From assembly GCA_029856045.1 (NCBI GenBank), contig JAHQWG010000016.1, positions 1 to 64,000 of the forward strand: DNA of 64,000 bases. Direction: 5' to 3'. Each line of letters starts with the position of its first letter. Positions within the stretch are counted from its first letter, which is position 1. Made by a program: the position numbers and the translations under genes. Under the pieces are notes generated by a model, which was not told the DNA's origin, searched no databases, and was given only the letters and a program-made list of their open reading frames with translations. Below are positions 49,080-59,640 of this stretch, one piece after another. Origin of the DNA: Promethearchaeia archaeon. GTDB lineage: Archaea; Asgardarchaeota; Lokiarchaeia; Sigyniarchaeales; SOKP01.

Positions 49080-50753
49080 TCAAATTTGATTCATTGCCCA
49101 TTCCATTTCGAAGAATAACTTTTGGAACTCTTCAGGATCTTTAATTTTCTTTTTATTATTTTTAACACCAATTATTGCTTCAAAAAAATTAATTAATCTT
49201 CTTAAATTTGTTTTTGAGATATTGGCTTTTCCTTTTTCCATAATAATTAAATTAATTATATTTTCTACAGTTAAGGCTCGACCTTTTAATAAAGTATTGA
49301 TTTTTCTCTCAAGCCTTCTGAATAGTAAAGTTAAAGCTTGATTATATTTACGATTATCTTTATACCAATTAATTTTTCTTGCAAAGAAGGAGGAAGTTCG
49401 GAATTTTAATGTTTCTTCTTTCTTTTCCTCTTCTTTTTCTATCTTTTTTTCTTCTTCTTTAGCTTCTTTAGGCAAATATCTTTTAAGAGTATAAATTCCT
49501 AGTAATGGATAAATAAAGGCAGTTAGAGGATTTGTTGATAAATGAATTATATAACCTAGATAGAGACCAAAAATACCTGCAGAAGATACATCTGGCAAAT
49601 TTTCCGGTCTTATATGAGCCTCATCAAAAGTGATTATATAATTTGAAGGGTTTCCAAAGGTAAGCCAGTTTAAAATATTTAATGCAAATTGTTTGTTATC
49701 ATAATTATCATTATTTATTAGGTCATTATCAAATAAACTGGCATCTGCAGAACAGAATATACGGGAATTGTTTCCAACATCAGTTGCCATGAATACTGCT
49801 TGTGGATACCCTCCTAATGGAATTGTAAATTCGCCTTCAATCCCTAAAAATTCGCCCATGCCTCCAACAAAGGTATATCCATCATTCTCACTAGTATAAA
49901 CTCCATCTCCGTTTCTATCTATAAAGCTATATTGACTTGATTGACCAATTAAACTCCATCCAAACATATCAATAAATGGTCCACCTAAGGCACAAGATGA
50001 ACGACTTAAAATTACATTGGAAATTCCTTGGGTTGTTGGGTGAGTTTGAAAATCTGTTATAACTGGGAATGTTGGATTTGTATCATAAGAAGCATTATCA
50101 CGTAAAATTCCTTCAGGAAATATGGTTACGGGGAATGATCCAAGACTTGTAAGTGCAATTTGGTATAATAATTCTGATGTACTTCCATGATCATGACATA
50201 CAAGTAAGGAGTTATTTCCTTTCATAAAATCAATAAAAAATGGGATTTCATATAATGGATTATAAAAACGGTTTGCTCCCATTATAATTAAAACCACAGG
50301 TTTATCAAGTCTCTGAGTTGCACTTAAGTCAGTTTGAATGGAAGAAACATTGTAACTATTGTCTTCGAGTGTATCTTTCAGTTCAGAACATCCATTCCAT
50401 TTAGAATTATGTATAGAGAAATTATGGTCATTTCTTCCTTGATCTATTATAGAAGATAATAGAGGTATGAAAGATACAATGAAAATTATAAGGAATAAAC
50501 TCTGTTTCCAACTAATCTTCAATTTTTTCTCTGATTTTGCCTGTCGGGTTTTTTGTTTTCTAGAAGCAATAAAAAAAATTATAAGTCTAATTCCAATAAT
50601 TCCAGCAACTAAAAAACATACCATTGGAAGAAAACTAACAAAATAGGGAGCATTTGTCACAGTAGACAATTCAATTCCCACTACTATTAAATACACAGTA
50701 AAAAAAATATAAACTATGTATTTAGAAACTACAACACTTTTTCTTTCTGGCAT
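49080..50753 (-). CDS. Membrane-anchored DUF4350/GATase-like domain protein
   Basis: 3 N-terminal TMs, FSIHNSKWNGCSEL, DASLFDND...NKQFALN...FDEAH, late TM. Confidence 0.65.
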   Translation of the reverse strand: MPERKSVVVSKYIVYIFFTVYLIVVGIELSTVTNAPYFVSFLPMVCFLVAGIIGIRLIIFFIASRKQKTRQAKSEKKLKISWKQSLFLIIFIVSFIPLLSSIIDQGRNDHNFSIHNSKWNGCSELKDTLEDNSYNVSSIQTDLSATQRLDKPVVLIIMGANRFYNPLYEIPFFIDFMKGNNSLLVCHDHGSTSELLYQIALTSLGSFPVTIFPEGILRDNASYDTNPTFPVITDFQTHPTTQGISNVILSRSSCALGGPFIDMFGWSLIGQSSQYSFIDRNGDGVYTSENDGYTFVGGMGEFLGIEGEFTIPLGGYPQAVFMATDVGNNSRIFCSADASLFDNDLINNDNYDNKQFALNILNWLTFGNPSNYIITFDEAHIRPENLPDVSSAGIFGLYLGYIIHLSTNPLTAFIYPLLGIYTLKRYLPKEAKEEEKKIEKEEEKKEETLKFRTSSFFARKINWYKDNRKYNQALTLLFRRLERKINTLLKGRALTVENIINLIIMEKGKANISKTNLRRLINFFEAIIGVKNNKKKIKDPEEFQKLFFEMEWAMNQI

Positions 50754-50785
50754 ATTTTAAAGATGATTTTATCTTTTTAAATTAA

Positions 50786-51151
50786 TTAAAAACTGAATTG
50801 TTTTCCAGTTATTTCTGTATAGATTTTTGAAAATAAACTTATTGTGGCCTTGAAATCAGTTTCAGTAGGTTCAACTCCTCCGTATATCGTTTCTTCAATT
50901 TTTTGAATGAATGGATAAATATTTTCCGGATTTTGGCCTAATTTTTTTACGCATGTTATTGCAAAGTCTCGAATGGTTTCAAAAAATTTTCTTGGTTGGC
51001 CATATTTTTGCCGTATTAAATCGGTATAAATTAAATAAATGTATGCAATAGCTTCTTTCATACGATCTGTTTTATTTAACACTTGTATATTTCTTTTTTT
51101 ACCTTCTATATCAAAAATAGGTTGTGTTTTCTTTTTTTTACTTTTTGCCAT
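50786..51151 (-). CDS. Small DUF4129-like helical protein
   Basis: ETIRDF...EETIYGG; paralogous to the C-terminal domain of the upstream gene. Confidence 0.65.
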   Translation of the reverse strand: MAKSKKKKTQPIFDIEGKKRNIQVLNKTDRMKEAIAYIYLIYTDLIRQKYGQPRKFFETIRDFAITCVKKLGQNPENIYPFIQKIEETIYGGVEPTETDFKATISLFSKIYTEITGKQFSF

Positions 51152-51171
51152 ATTATTTCACAATTTTTTTC

Positions 51172-51198
51172 TTTTTTTTTTTTTTTTTTTTTTTTTTT
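51172..51198. repeat. 27-nt T homopolymer (A27 on the coding strand)
   Basis: Direct reading of the intergenic spacer. Confidence 0.9.
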
Positions 51199-51205
51199 CC
51201 ATATA

Positions 51206-52765
51206 TTACAATTTAATTTGATATCCTGTAAAATCATAAAATAATTTAATAAATTGAGAGAAAATTTCTACAAAATCTTCTTCACTAATTTTACCTCCAC
51301 TTCCATATAAAATTTGTTCAATTTTTTTTATGAAAGGATATATTTTTAAGGGTGTAAGCCCCATATCCCTAACACATTTGATAGCATAATCATTAATGGT
51401 TTCATTAGGCTGCTTTATTATTCCATATTTTGCTTCACTAAGTTGTAAAAAGACATAAAATAGATAAACTACTGACTCTTCACGCCTATCAGTATCTTTC
51501 AGGATAGTTATATTTTTTAACTTATTCTCAAGAGGGATTTGGACTACTTTAGGCTCAGCAGCTTGTCTCTTACTAAAAAAATAAACGGTAATAATAATTC
51601 CCGTTATTATAGCAATTATAATAATAATTGATACTGGATCAATTAGAAATCCTCCTGGTGGAGGTGGTTCAGCACCAGCAGTTACATTAACAATGATTGA
51701 TGATCGTAATGGCAAATTAAGAAGATTGTCAGTTGAAACTGTTAATGTACCATTTCCCGAAGGCACAAAGTTAAATGAAAACCCACCACTACCATTTGTT
51801 GTTAAATTTTTAATTAAAACTCCACCAAAATGAATATTAATTGATCTATTAAATATTTTAAAGGATGGATCTGTGGATGATGATAATTCTCCTCGTACGG
51901 TAATATTCTGTCCTTCGGTGATATTTTCAGGCACATTCCAATTACATGTGAAATTTGAAAATACCAATAAATTATTAATTATTAAACTTGATTCATAAAT
52001 GTTTGGAGACCCGGTGAAATTAAGAACTAACTCAATTGAACTCCAACTAGTAGAAGGGAGAGAAATTTGCCCAGAAAAATGTCCGTTTAAATCTGTTGTT
52101 ATAGTGCCCTGAGGTGAGTCCAAACCATTGATTCTCCAATATGCTTCCACATCTGTTGTAGAAATTCCAGAATTATTATCAAAATATAAATTGCCTGCAA
52201 TTTTATATTTTTCACCAATAACTTTAGGATAATTATTTATTTCTTCATAAATCATACTAGAATCTGCACCTACATTAATAAGATAATGATGGTTATATTT
52301 TGTAGGTTTATCATCAGTAACGTTAACATTGATTAAATGTGATTGATAAACATTAACCCAGATTGGAATTATTGTTGTTATTGTAAAATTTCCTGTTGCA
52401 TCTGTAACATTTTTTGCACCAATACTTTCACCAAAGTCATTTCCATCGAAAATTAAGGAGACATTTACATTTACTTGAGGGTTAGGATCATTTTTTTTAT
52501 AAACAATGCCTTTAACTGTTATTGGCTCATTATGTTTATAATTGGAATTATTTACTTCAGAGGGATTTGTCAAATTTAAAATATAATAATAAACTGCACC
52601 AGATTTCGGTAGATTATAATCATTGCTAAATTCGAATTCATTCTGGCTAATGTTAATGGAGCTAAATGAAATGTTTAAAAATGAAATTAATAAAAAAGCA
52701 AACAAAATTATTAAAGATTTTTTATGTTTTGAATCTCTCATAATTAACTTCCCAACTACTCCCAT
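51206..52765 (-). CDS. Surface protein with Ig-like domains, TM and DUF4129-like cytoplasmic domain
   Basis: Signal peptide, repeated T.D..G.F beta motifs, many NxS/T sequons, PPPP linker, TM. Confidence 0.7.
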   Translation of the reverse strand: MGVVGKLIMRDSKHKKSLIILFAFLLISFLNISFSSINISQNEFEFSNDYNLPKSGAVYYYILNLTNPSEVNNSNYKHNEPITVKGIVYKKNDPNPQVNVNVSLIFDGNDFGESIGAKNVTDATGNFTITTIIPIWVNVYQSHLINVNVTDDKPTKYNHHYLINVGADSSMIYEEINNYPKVIGEKYKIAGNLYFDNNSGISTTDVEAYWRINGLDSPQGTITTDLNGHFSGQISLPSTSWSSIELVLNFTGSPNIYESSLIINNLLVFSNFTCNWNVPENITEGQNITVRGELSSSTDPSFKIFNRSINIHFGGVLIKNLTTNGSGGFSFNFVPSGNGTLTVSTDNLLNLPLRSSIIVNVTAGAEPPPPGGFLIDPVSIIIIIAIITGIIITVYFFSKRQAAEPKVVQIPLENKLKNITILKDTDRREESVVYLFYVFLQLSEAKYGIIKQPNETINDYAIKCVRDMGLTPLKIYPFIKKIEQILYGSGGKISEEDFVEIFSQFIKLFYDFTGYQIKL

Positions 52766-55700
52766 TGCAACTCCACTCTAATATCTATGATAAAATTTTG
52801 ATTTACGAGAGATATGGCAAAAATTTTTTCAGGGTTTTCCCATATATATTGAAATACGATCTCAGCATAAAAATATCCGAACTCATTTGTTTGTTCTGTA
52901 TCGTTCCAATCATAAACAGTTCCGATAGAATCTTCTAATGTACAATTCACTTGCTCGTATTTAACGGCGCTTCCATTATCATAGTACATGGTTCCGTAGA
53001 TCTGTATAATATCACCATCATACCACTCACCCTCTATATCTGTATGATAATTACCATCAATTGTTACTGTAGCAAATACATTTAGGATTTTTAACTCACT
53101 GCTATTTGATATCATATAATTGCTAAGATCAATAAAAATAGGACCAGAATAATCTCTAATTGATCCATTAAAATCGACACGTGCATAATATTCGCCTGGA
53201 GGTGTCGAAATATTAAGTTTAAAATAAAATTTATAATTCCAACTATTCCCATTTGTAGTAAGTACGTAACTTTGACCCCAATCAATAATGAGATAATTGG
53301 TATTATCCACCATTGTTATTTTATTAAATAATCTAATGTTAACTTCCACTTGTTTCAATTTTATATCAGGGTCGGGAAACATATCCTTGACACTCCCAGA
53401 AATGGTTATCCAATTTAGATTTCTAGTTACATTGTTTTTATCAACTGAAATTTCTACCATCTTACTTCCATTCACAATAATAAATGTATAATTTGGGAAA
53501 TCATAGCCATCAGACTGATATAAAACCTTGATTTTATGAGGTCCTACAACCCATGAATCATTTATATGTAAAATAAATTCTGCAATTCCATTTGCATTAG
53601 TTTGATTAACCCAAAACCTATTTTCATAAACATCATAGAGATATATATCACTACCAACGGGAATGGGATATTTAATAACTCTTACAGTAAAATTAACGTA
53701 ATCACTACGCATAAATGATTGAGGACAATTATCATTATCATAAAAAGATTGTGTTTCACTTCCATTTATTTCTAATTTGATAGTTATATTATACGGATCT
53801 TTTATTTCTAAATCCATTACAGCAGAAGTAGATGTATTAATATAGATAAGAAAGAAATCATGTGGATAATCATAGTCTTGATTTAAATAATAAAATGTCC
53901 CATTAAAATCGGCTCTTATGGAATAATTTCCAGCCGGAATAGTATCACTTACTTCAAAATTTAGATCAAAGGTACCATCTGCACCACAATAATAAGGATT
54001 TGTGCTTGGATATATAGGAATGAGTTGTGTATTGTATTTATAATTATTTTTAATTAAATTTACGGTAATTTCTGCATATTTTATATGTCTATTATAAAAA
54101 TCATCAACAATAGAACCCTTGATATTAAATATGGTTCCAACGGAACCACTTCGATTAATAATATTTGGGACAGGCTTTGGTGGATTTAAATCTATTCTAA
54201 TAGCTTCATCTATAATGAAATAAGAGTGATTCTTTAAACTGCCCCATTCCCATTCTGCATAAACCAGATGTGGTCCTGCTAATAAATTACCAGTATTAAA
54301 ATAATAAGTAATATTTGCATATCCATTCTCATCTGTAATCTTTACGCCTATTTCGGAATTATTTGTTTCATCGAAAAATCTGACTGATTCTCCCTCTAAA
54401 GGACCACTTCCACCTTGAAGATTTACTTTTAAATTTAACTCTTGAGTTCTTTTTACAATTGGTTGTTCAAATTCGGAAGTTGAAGTTCCATTTATCCAAA
54501 AATCAAGGATTTGAATATCTGGAGCTTCAATTTTTAAGTCCATCACTGTAGAAGTAGATGTGTTAATATAAGTAAGAAAGAAATTATGTGGATAATCATA
54601 GTCTTGATTTAAATAATAAAATGTGCCATTAAAATCGACTCTTATAGTATAATTTCCGGGAGAAATATTATTATCAACATCGAAATTTAGATCAAATGTG
54701 CCGTCCTCACCACAATAATAGGGATTAGTACTTGGATTTAAAGGTTGAAGTTCCATAAAATATTCTATATTATTTCTAATCAAATAGACAGTTATTTCCG
54801 CATGTTTTATTGGATCATTATACCCATCATCCACAATCGATCCTTTAATATTAAATGTAGTAGATCCTGAACCGGTCCTATTAATAATATTCGGAACTGG
54901 TTTTGGTGGATTAAGGTCTATCCGAACACTTTCATCTACAATAAAATATGAATGATTTCTTAGAGTTCCCCATTCTGCACAAATTAAATGTGGTCCTGCG
55001 ACTGTGCTATAATTCCCCAAATCATACCAATAATATGCCTCTCCATTAAAATCAGTAGGAACAGAATTAATTATTATAGGGTCGTTATATAAATCTCCAG
55101 TAATGTCGTAAAAAGTAATATATTCACCAGTTAAAGGTGTACCACTTACTGTATGCAATTCTGCTTTTAATTCAATCCAATCATAGGCATTAACTATTGG
55201 ATTTTGAAAATCATCATTTGGATACCCTTCGATATAAAAATCTAAGAAAGTAGCAGATGGATTGAAGATATCAATAGATATAGGTAAACTGGAATCATTT
55301 ATTATAGGATAATAGAATGGATATGAAAAACCCAATAAAGGCACATAAACATTAAATGATCCATTAAAATCTACTCGAACATTGTATGTTCCACTTATCA
55401 CATGGTCATTCACTCTTACATCCACATTATATTCTCCATTATTATCTGTAATTTCAGAATCGGGTACGAATGCAAATGAATTTTTATTATTTAATGAATC
55501 TAAGAGTATAAATTCCACTTCCCCATCGGATACACCTTTTCCGTTTGCGGGATCAATTAGATCACCAGTTATATTTGTGTTACTAGAAATTGTTTTATCA
55601 ATATAATTGGGCAACACACTATCAAGGTTAACTTCTATAGGAGCATCCAAAAAGTAATTAGTATAATTAACAATAATTTCTTTTGATGCTTGAATTAAAT

Positions 55701-57159
55701 GAGGTCCAGCAACAGTATTAGTATCAATATTTATTATTATTGAGCATGATCCATCACTATCTGTTATACTTTGACCTAAATTTGGATCATTTTCAGTTAT
55801 ATCTTCAAAATTAATAACTTCTCCTTCTTGTGGAATTCCATTTAAATAAAGTTCAGCTATGATTTCAATATCATCACCACGAATTACGGGGGATATTGTG
55901 TTTGTATATACAATTAATTCCATTTCTTCAAAAGTTAATCGATTTTGTCCTTCAAATAAAATATCCATTTCAGTCCAAACACCAGATCCATCAATGGCTA
56001 ACGGAACATAAATTTCTGACCATGAGTAAAGATTTAATCTTTTGATTGTGTAGTAATTTTTTCCTTCCCATTGATTATAACTTTCTTCTGTATATCGAGA
56101 ATTGAAACCATCAACATATCGACTTGCGATTCCAAATGCACGAGTTAAAGCTGTATAAGTTGCAGCAAAATCAGAAAAAATTCCAGATTGAGTGCCACAA
56201 AACCACTCAACTACATCTTCTCCTTGAGCTGGGCGATTATAAGGAGGTAAAAAATCAATTTCAAAATTTTGTTGCAAATAATTTCTTATTTTATCTGCCT
56301 TTACATATGCATTATCTGTATAATCAATAATAACATCTAATGCATCATAATGACTTTTAAAATTAGGATTATTTTGGATATATCCAGGAATTCCTCCAGG
56401 GTCTGGTAATTGATAATATTGATCTTTTATCGAAGAAGGAGTATAAATTTCCATAACAGCGGAATTGTTTATTTCAGTTGGGCTCAAAACACTTTCTCCA
56501 AATAAATCGTATGTAAGATTTCCTGAATAGTCAGAGTTAAAATTAAGATTTATCGATGCTACATTGAATAAATCTTTATATAATATAGAAGATTGAGGAT
56601 CAAACCAATCTGCCCCGGGGGTTAACCATGGTCTGTCCATAATATGAGGTGTAGGGAATAAGGAGGGAATTATCAGTGAATTTTCTCCTGTTGTTGCATC
56701 AATGGGATATTTTATTCTTATCATATCTCTATCTGAATAGTCATTATAATAATCATTCCAAGAGGTAAATGTCGCTGGGCTTACCCCAGAAACTGATTGG
56801 GACCAGCTCCCGTCGTTATTATATTCATCCATTACAGAAAATTTCCATAACCAAGATTCATCAAAATAATCATAATCTTCAATATAAAATACTGCTTCTT
56901 CAGCATGTTCCAAAAGGTCTTCATAATTTAGAAGGTCCATTAAATTAAACATATCAAATGCAATATCGAATAATTCTGCCTCCTCATCCAGTGCATTTGT
57001 TAATTCATCTGATGGAGTTGTTCTTATACCGAATATAAAACCAATTAAAGCTGTAGAGCCTAAATATAGCCCAAAGAGTAAGATAGCTACTATTATTACT
57101 GAAATGGCTTGCTTTTTTGCATTTCCTTCAGTAATTAGCTCCGTTCTTCTCTCAGGCAT
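52756..57159 (-). CDS. Large surface protein: transglutaminase-like domain (catalytic residues lost) plus tandem Ig-like repeats
   Basis: GIFSDFAA...RAFGIASRYVDGF...YSWSEIY; four ~240-aa units marked by GPH and R.DFNG. Confidence 0.8.
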   Translation of the reverse strand: MPERRTELITEGNAKKQAISVIIVAILLFGLYLGSTALIGFIFGIRTTPSDELTNALDEEAELFDIAFDMFNLMDLLNYEDLLEHAEEAVFYIEDYDYFDESWLWKFSVMDEYNNDGSWSQSVSGVSPATFTSWNDYYNDYSDRDMIRIKYPIDATTGENSLIIPSLFPTPHIMDRPWLTPGADWFDPQSSILYKDLFNVASINLNFNSDYSGNLTYDLFGESVLSPTEINNSAVMEIYTPSSIKDQYYQLPDPGGIPGYIQNNPNFKSHYDALDVIIDYTDNAYVKADKIRNYLQQNFEIDFLPPYNRPAQGEDVVEWFCGTQSGIFSDFAATYTALTRAFGIASRYVDGFNSRYTEESYNQWEGKNYYTIKRLNLYSWSEIYVPLAIDGSGVWTEMDILFEGQNRLTFEEMELIVYTNTISPVIRGDDIEIIAELYLNGIPQEGEVINFEDITENDPNLGQSITDSDGSCSIIINIDTNTVAGPHLIQASKEIIVNYTNYFLDAPIEVNLDSVLPNYIDKTISSNTNITGDLIDPANGKGVSDGEVEFILLDSLNNKNSFAFVPDSEITDNNGEYNVDVRVNDHVISGTYNVRVDFNGSFNVYVPLLGFSYPFYYPIINDSSLPISIDIFNPSATFLDFYIEGYPNDDFQNPIVNAYDWIELKAELHTVSGTPLTGEYITFYDITGDLYNDPIIINSVPTDFNGEAYYWYDLGNYSTVAGPHLICAEWGTLRNHSYFIVDESVRIDLNPPKPVPNIINRTGSGSTTFNIKGSIVDDGYNDPIKHAEITVYLIRNNIEYFMELQPLNPSTNPYYCGEDGTFDLNFDVDNNISPGNYTIRVDFNGTFYYLNQDYDYPHNFFLTYINTSTSTVMDLKIEAPDIQILDFWINGTSTSEFEQPIVKRTQELNLKVNLQGGSGPLEGESVRFFDETNNSEIGVKITDENGYANITYYFNTGNLLAGPHLVYAEWEWGSLKNHSYFIIDEAIRIDLNPPKPVPNIINRSGSVGTIFNIKGSIVDDFYNRHIKYAEITVNLIKNNYKYNTQLIPIYPSTNPYYCGADGTFDLNFEVSDTIPAGNYSIRADFNGTFYYLNQDYDYPHDFFLIYINTSTSAVMDLEIKDPYNITIKLEINGSETQSFYDNDNCPQSFMRSDYVNFTVRVIKYPIPVGSDIYLYDVYENRFWVNQTNANGIAEFILHINDSWVVGPHKIKVLYQSDGYDFPNYTFIIVNGSKMVEISVDKNNVTRNLNWITISGSVKDMFPDPDIKLKQVEVNIRLFNKITMVDNTNYLIIDWGQSYVLTTNGNSWNYKFYFKLNISTPPGEYYARVDFNGSIRDYSGPIFIDLSNYMISNSSELKILNVFATVTIDGNYHTDIEGEWYDGDIIQIYGTMYYDNGSAVKYEQVNCTLEDSIGTVYDWNDTEQTNEFGYFYAEIVFQYIWENPEKIFAISLVNQNFIIDIRVELQWE
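53800..55000 (-). repeat. Internal tandem duplication (offset about 720-726 nt)
   Basis: Near-identical DNA at ~53850-53910 and ~54576-54637 encoding DFNGTFYYLNQDYDYPH; RIDLNPPKPVPNIINR occurs twice. Confidence 0.9.
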
Positions 57160-57388
57160 ATGTTGGTATTCTCATATAGATTATTATATATTTGTAATAA
57201 TATAAAAATAAAAATAGAAATATATAATTTAGCTGTATTTCTAAAAAAGTAGAATAGTCAAATTTTTTTTTTGCGAATTATATATTAAAATTTAACATGA
57301 TTATATTCGAAATTAGAAAAATAACTAGAAGAAATTCGATAAAAGAGAAAAAAGAGAATATTCAAATAAAAAGAATTTAGACAAACCT

Positions 57389-58258
57389 TTAAAATTCATA
57401 GCCACACTTGGTGCATATATTTTTCTTTGCGTAAATCGGTTTAGGGACGTAGGATACTATTTTAGTTTTATCTTCAACCTCTTTAATCGCAGTAGAGCCA
57501 CAGTTAGGACAGACTCTTCTTATTCCACCCCCTAATCCAATTGTGGGAGCTATGGTTGGCTCAAGTGTTGGTTTTAAAGGTGTTGGTGCCGGCGTCGGTG
57601 AAGTTGGTGTTGGCATAGTAGGTTGTTGGCTACTAGGATAAGGGCTTGTAGAAGCAAGTGTAGAAGGCATTACAGATTTTGGCTCTTTCAATTCTTCAAT
57701 TCTTTTATTTTTTGCTGAAATTTCTTGTGTTAATTCATTTACTTTTGCTTGCAGTGGGCCAACTTGTTGTTTTAATTGAACATTTTCAGCCGAAAAGGAG
57801 CGTGCTTGGGTTTGTGCTTCTGCTAATTGTGTTTGAAGTTGTTGAATATGTGAGTTGAGTTGATCTACCTGATTTTTATGGGCTTCCATCGATTGCTGGA
57901 GAGTGGCAAGTTGTTGGTTTAGTTGGTTAATTTGAGCATCTTTTTGAGTTGCAATATTATGCAATTCATTAATTTGATTATTTTTATTTCCCAGTTCTGC
58001 CTCTAATTGGTTAATTTGCCTATTCAAATCTTGTACTTGAGTCTGAATTTGACCTATATCAACAGAAGATATTTGAGTGGATGGCAATGGTGGTTGTGGC
58101 ACTGGAGGGGGAGAAGGTATTCGTATTGGCGGAGGAATTGGTGGACTTATTGGAGGTGGGATTTGAGTAGGGGCTGGTGGTGGAGGTGTGTATGGAGGTG
58201 CTCCTAAAGGTTTTTTTTCCTCTTCTTCATCTTTTTCAGGGTCGTATTCATCTGACAT
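57389..58258 (-). CDS. Proline-rich / coiled-coil / zinc-ribbon protein
   Basis: Poly-Pro N-terminus, Gln-rich heptads, P/T-rich linker, CPNC...CTKC. Confidence 0.75.
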   Translation of the reverse strand: MSDEYDPEKDEEEEKKPLGAPPYTPPPPAPTQIPPPISPPIPPPIRIPSPPPVPQPPLPSTQISSVDIGQIQTQVQDLNRQINQLEAELGNKNNQINELHNIATQKDAQINQLNQQLATLQQSMEAHKNQVDQLNSHIQQLQTQLAEAQTQARSFSAENVQLKQQVGPLQAKVNELTQEISAKNKRIEELKEPKSVMPSTLASTSPYPSSQQPTMPTPTSPTPAPTPLKPTLEPTIAPTIGLGGGIRRVCPNCGSTAIKEVEDKTKIVSYVPKPIYAKKNICTKCGYEF

Positions 58259-58398
58259 TTTTAATCATTTAAATTATTTTAAAATAATTCTCTAACAAAA
58301 AAATAGATAGACTTTTTAATTTATATATTTATAGGTCGCTTTAAAAAAATTTTACGTTATGGAGAAAAAAAATTAAAAAAATATTTTGATTCAAATGA

Positions 58399-59484
58399 TT
58401 AAAAACAATCCCAATATTCTGATAAGTTGTTCTTGATTTGTTTGATAAGTCTTTCTTGGGTATATTCAAATATTTTTTCATCAGATTTTCTTTCATCTTC
58501 GGAAATTAAATCAGTTTCACTGTTTAGAACTTTTAATACATTATATATTGCTTGAGCCTGTTTATCTAATTCATATCCTCCTTCTAAAGTAATTAAGATT
58601 TTTCCATTGGCATAATCATCAGCTAGTGATTTAATCAATTTTGTAAGATTTGCTGGCCCTTGGATTGTCCAGCCCATTCTTGTCAGGAGGTCAGTATGAT
58701 GAGTATCAAAACCAGCAGAGATTAAGATAAATTCTGGTTTAAATTCATTTGTTATTGGAATTGCTATTTCTTTATACAACAATTGAATTATATCATCACC
58801 AGAGGAAGGAGCCATAGGGAAATTAATTATATGGCCCTCTCCCTTTCCTGAACCAATTTCATTAGTAAATCCGGTTCCAGGATATAGAGTTCGTCCATCT
58901 TGATGAGAACTGAAAAAAAGTAATTGTCCATTTTCTGAGCCATCATAAAAAATATCTTGAGTTCCGTTTCCATGGTGGCAATCCCAATCAAAGATTGCAA
59001 CTTTTTTTATATTTTTTTCTCTAAAGAGATATTCCGCAGCGATAGCAATATTATTAAAAATACAAAAACCAGCGCATTTATATCTATTGGAATGATGCCC
59101 AGGTGGTCTAACAAGACCAAAAGCGCTACTAATTTCTCCCTTTAATATTTTATCAATACCAGTTAAATTTCCCCCGACTGAATATAAAGAAGATTCAAAA
59201 GTATCTCCAGAAACAACTGTATCCAGATCGATATTTTTTAAACTCTCTGTTTTTGCTGCTAAATCACTTAGTTCCTTAATTTGCTCAATTAGCCTCTCCG
59301 AATGAACATATTTTATTTGATCAATGGTTGCTTTACGAGGTTTAATTACCGGAAAATCTTTAGAGTTCCACATACCCTTTTCCTCTAAAAAATTTTTCGC
59401 TACAATAAGTCTTTTTGGCGTCTCTACATGGACTCCTACTTCATGTTTTAAATAAATCTCGTCATAAATTAATCCAACTGGCAT
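58399..59484 (-). CDS. Zn-dependent histone deacetylase family protein
   Basis: RPPGHH, GFCIFNN, DWDCHHGNGTQ, SAGFD, LEGGY. Confidence 0.94.
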   Translation of the reverse strand: MPVGLIYDEIYLKHEVGVHVETPKRLIVAKNFLEEKGMWNSKDFPVIKPRKATIDQIKYVHSERLIEQIKELSDLAAKTESLKNIDLDTVVSGDTFESSLYSVGGNLTGIDKILKGEISSAFGLVRPPGHHSNRYKCAGFCIFNNIAIAAEYLFREKNIKKVAIFDWDCHHGNGTQDIFYDGSENGQLLFFSSHQDGRTLYPGTGFTNEIGSGKGEGHIINFPMAPSSGDDIIQLLYKEIAIPITNEFKPEFILISAGFDTHHTDLLTRMGWTIQGPANLTKLIKSLADDYANGKILITLEGGYELDKQAQAIYNVLKVLNSETDLISEDERKSDEKIFEYTQERLIKQIKNNLSEYWDCF

Positions 59485-59640
59485 TTTTAAAATCTTTCAA
59501 TCATTAGATGGTTTTCATTTAATTGAATATAAATAATTTTTAAAGGTTAAAAAGATTTGGGGATAATTCTGGATTAATTCTTTTTAGTTATTGACTTAAA
59601 GAAAAGTATTAAAACACAAACTAATTTAATATTTACAAAG

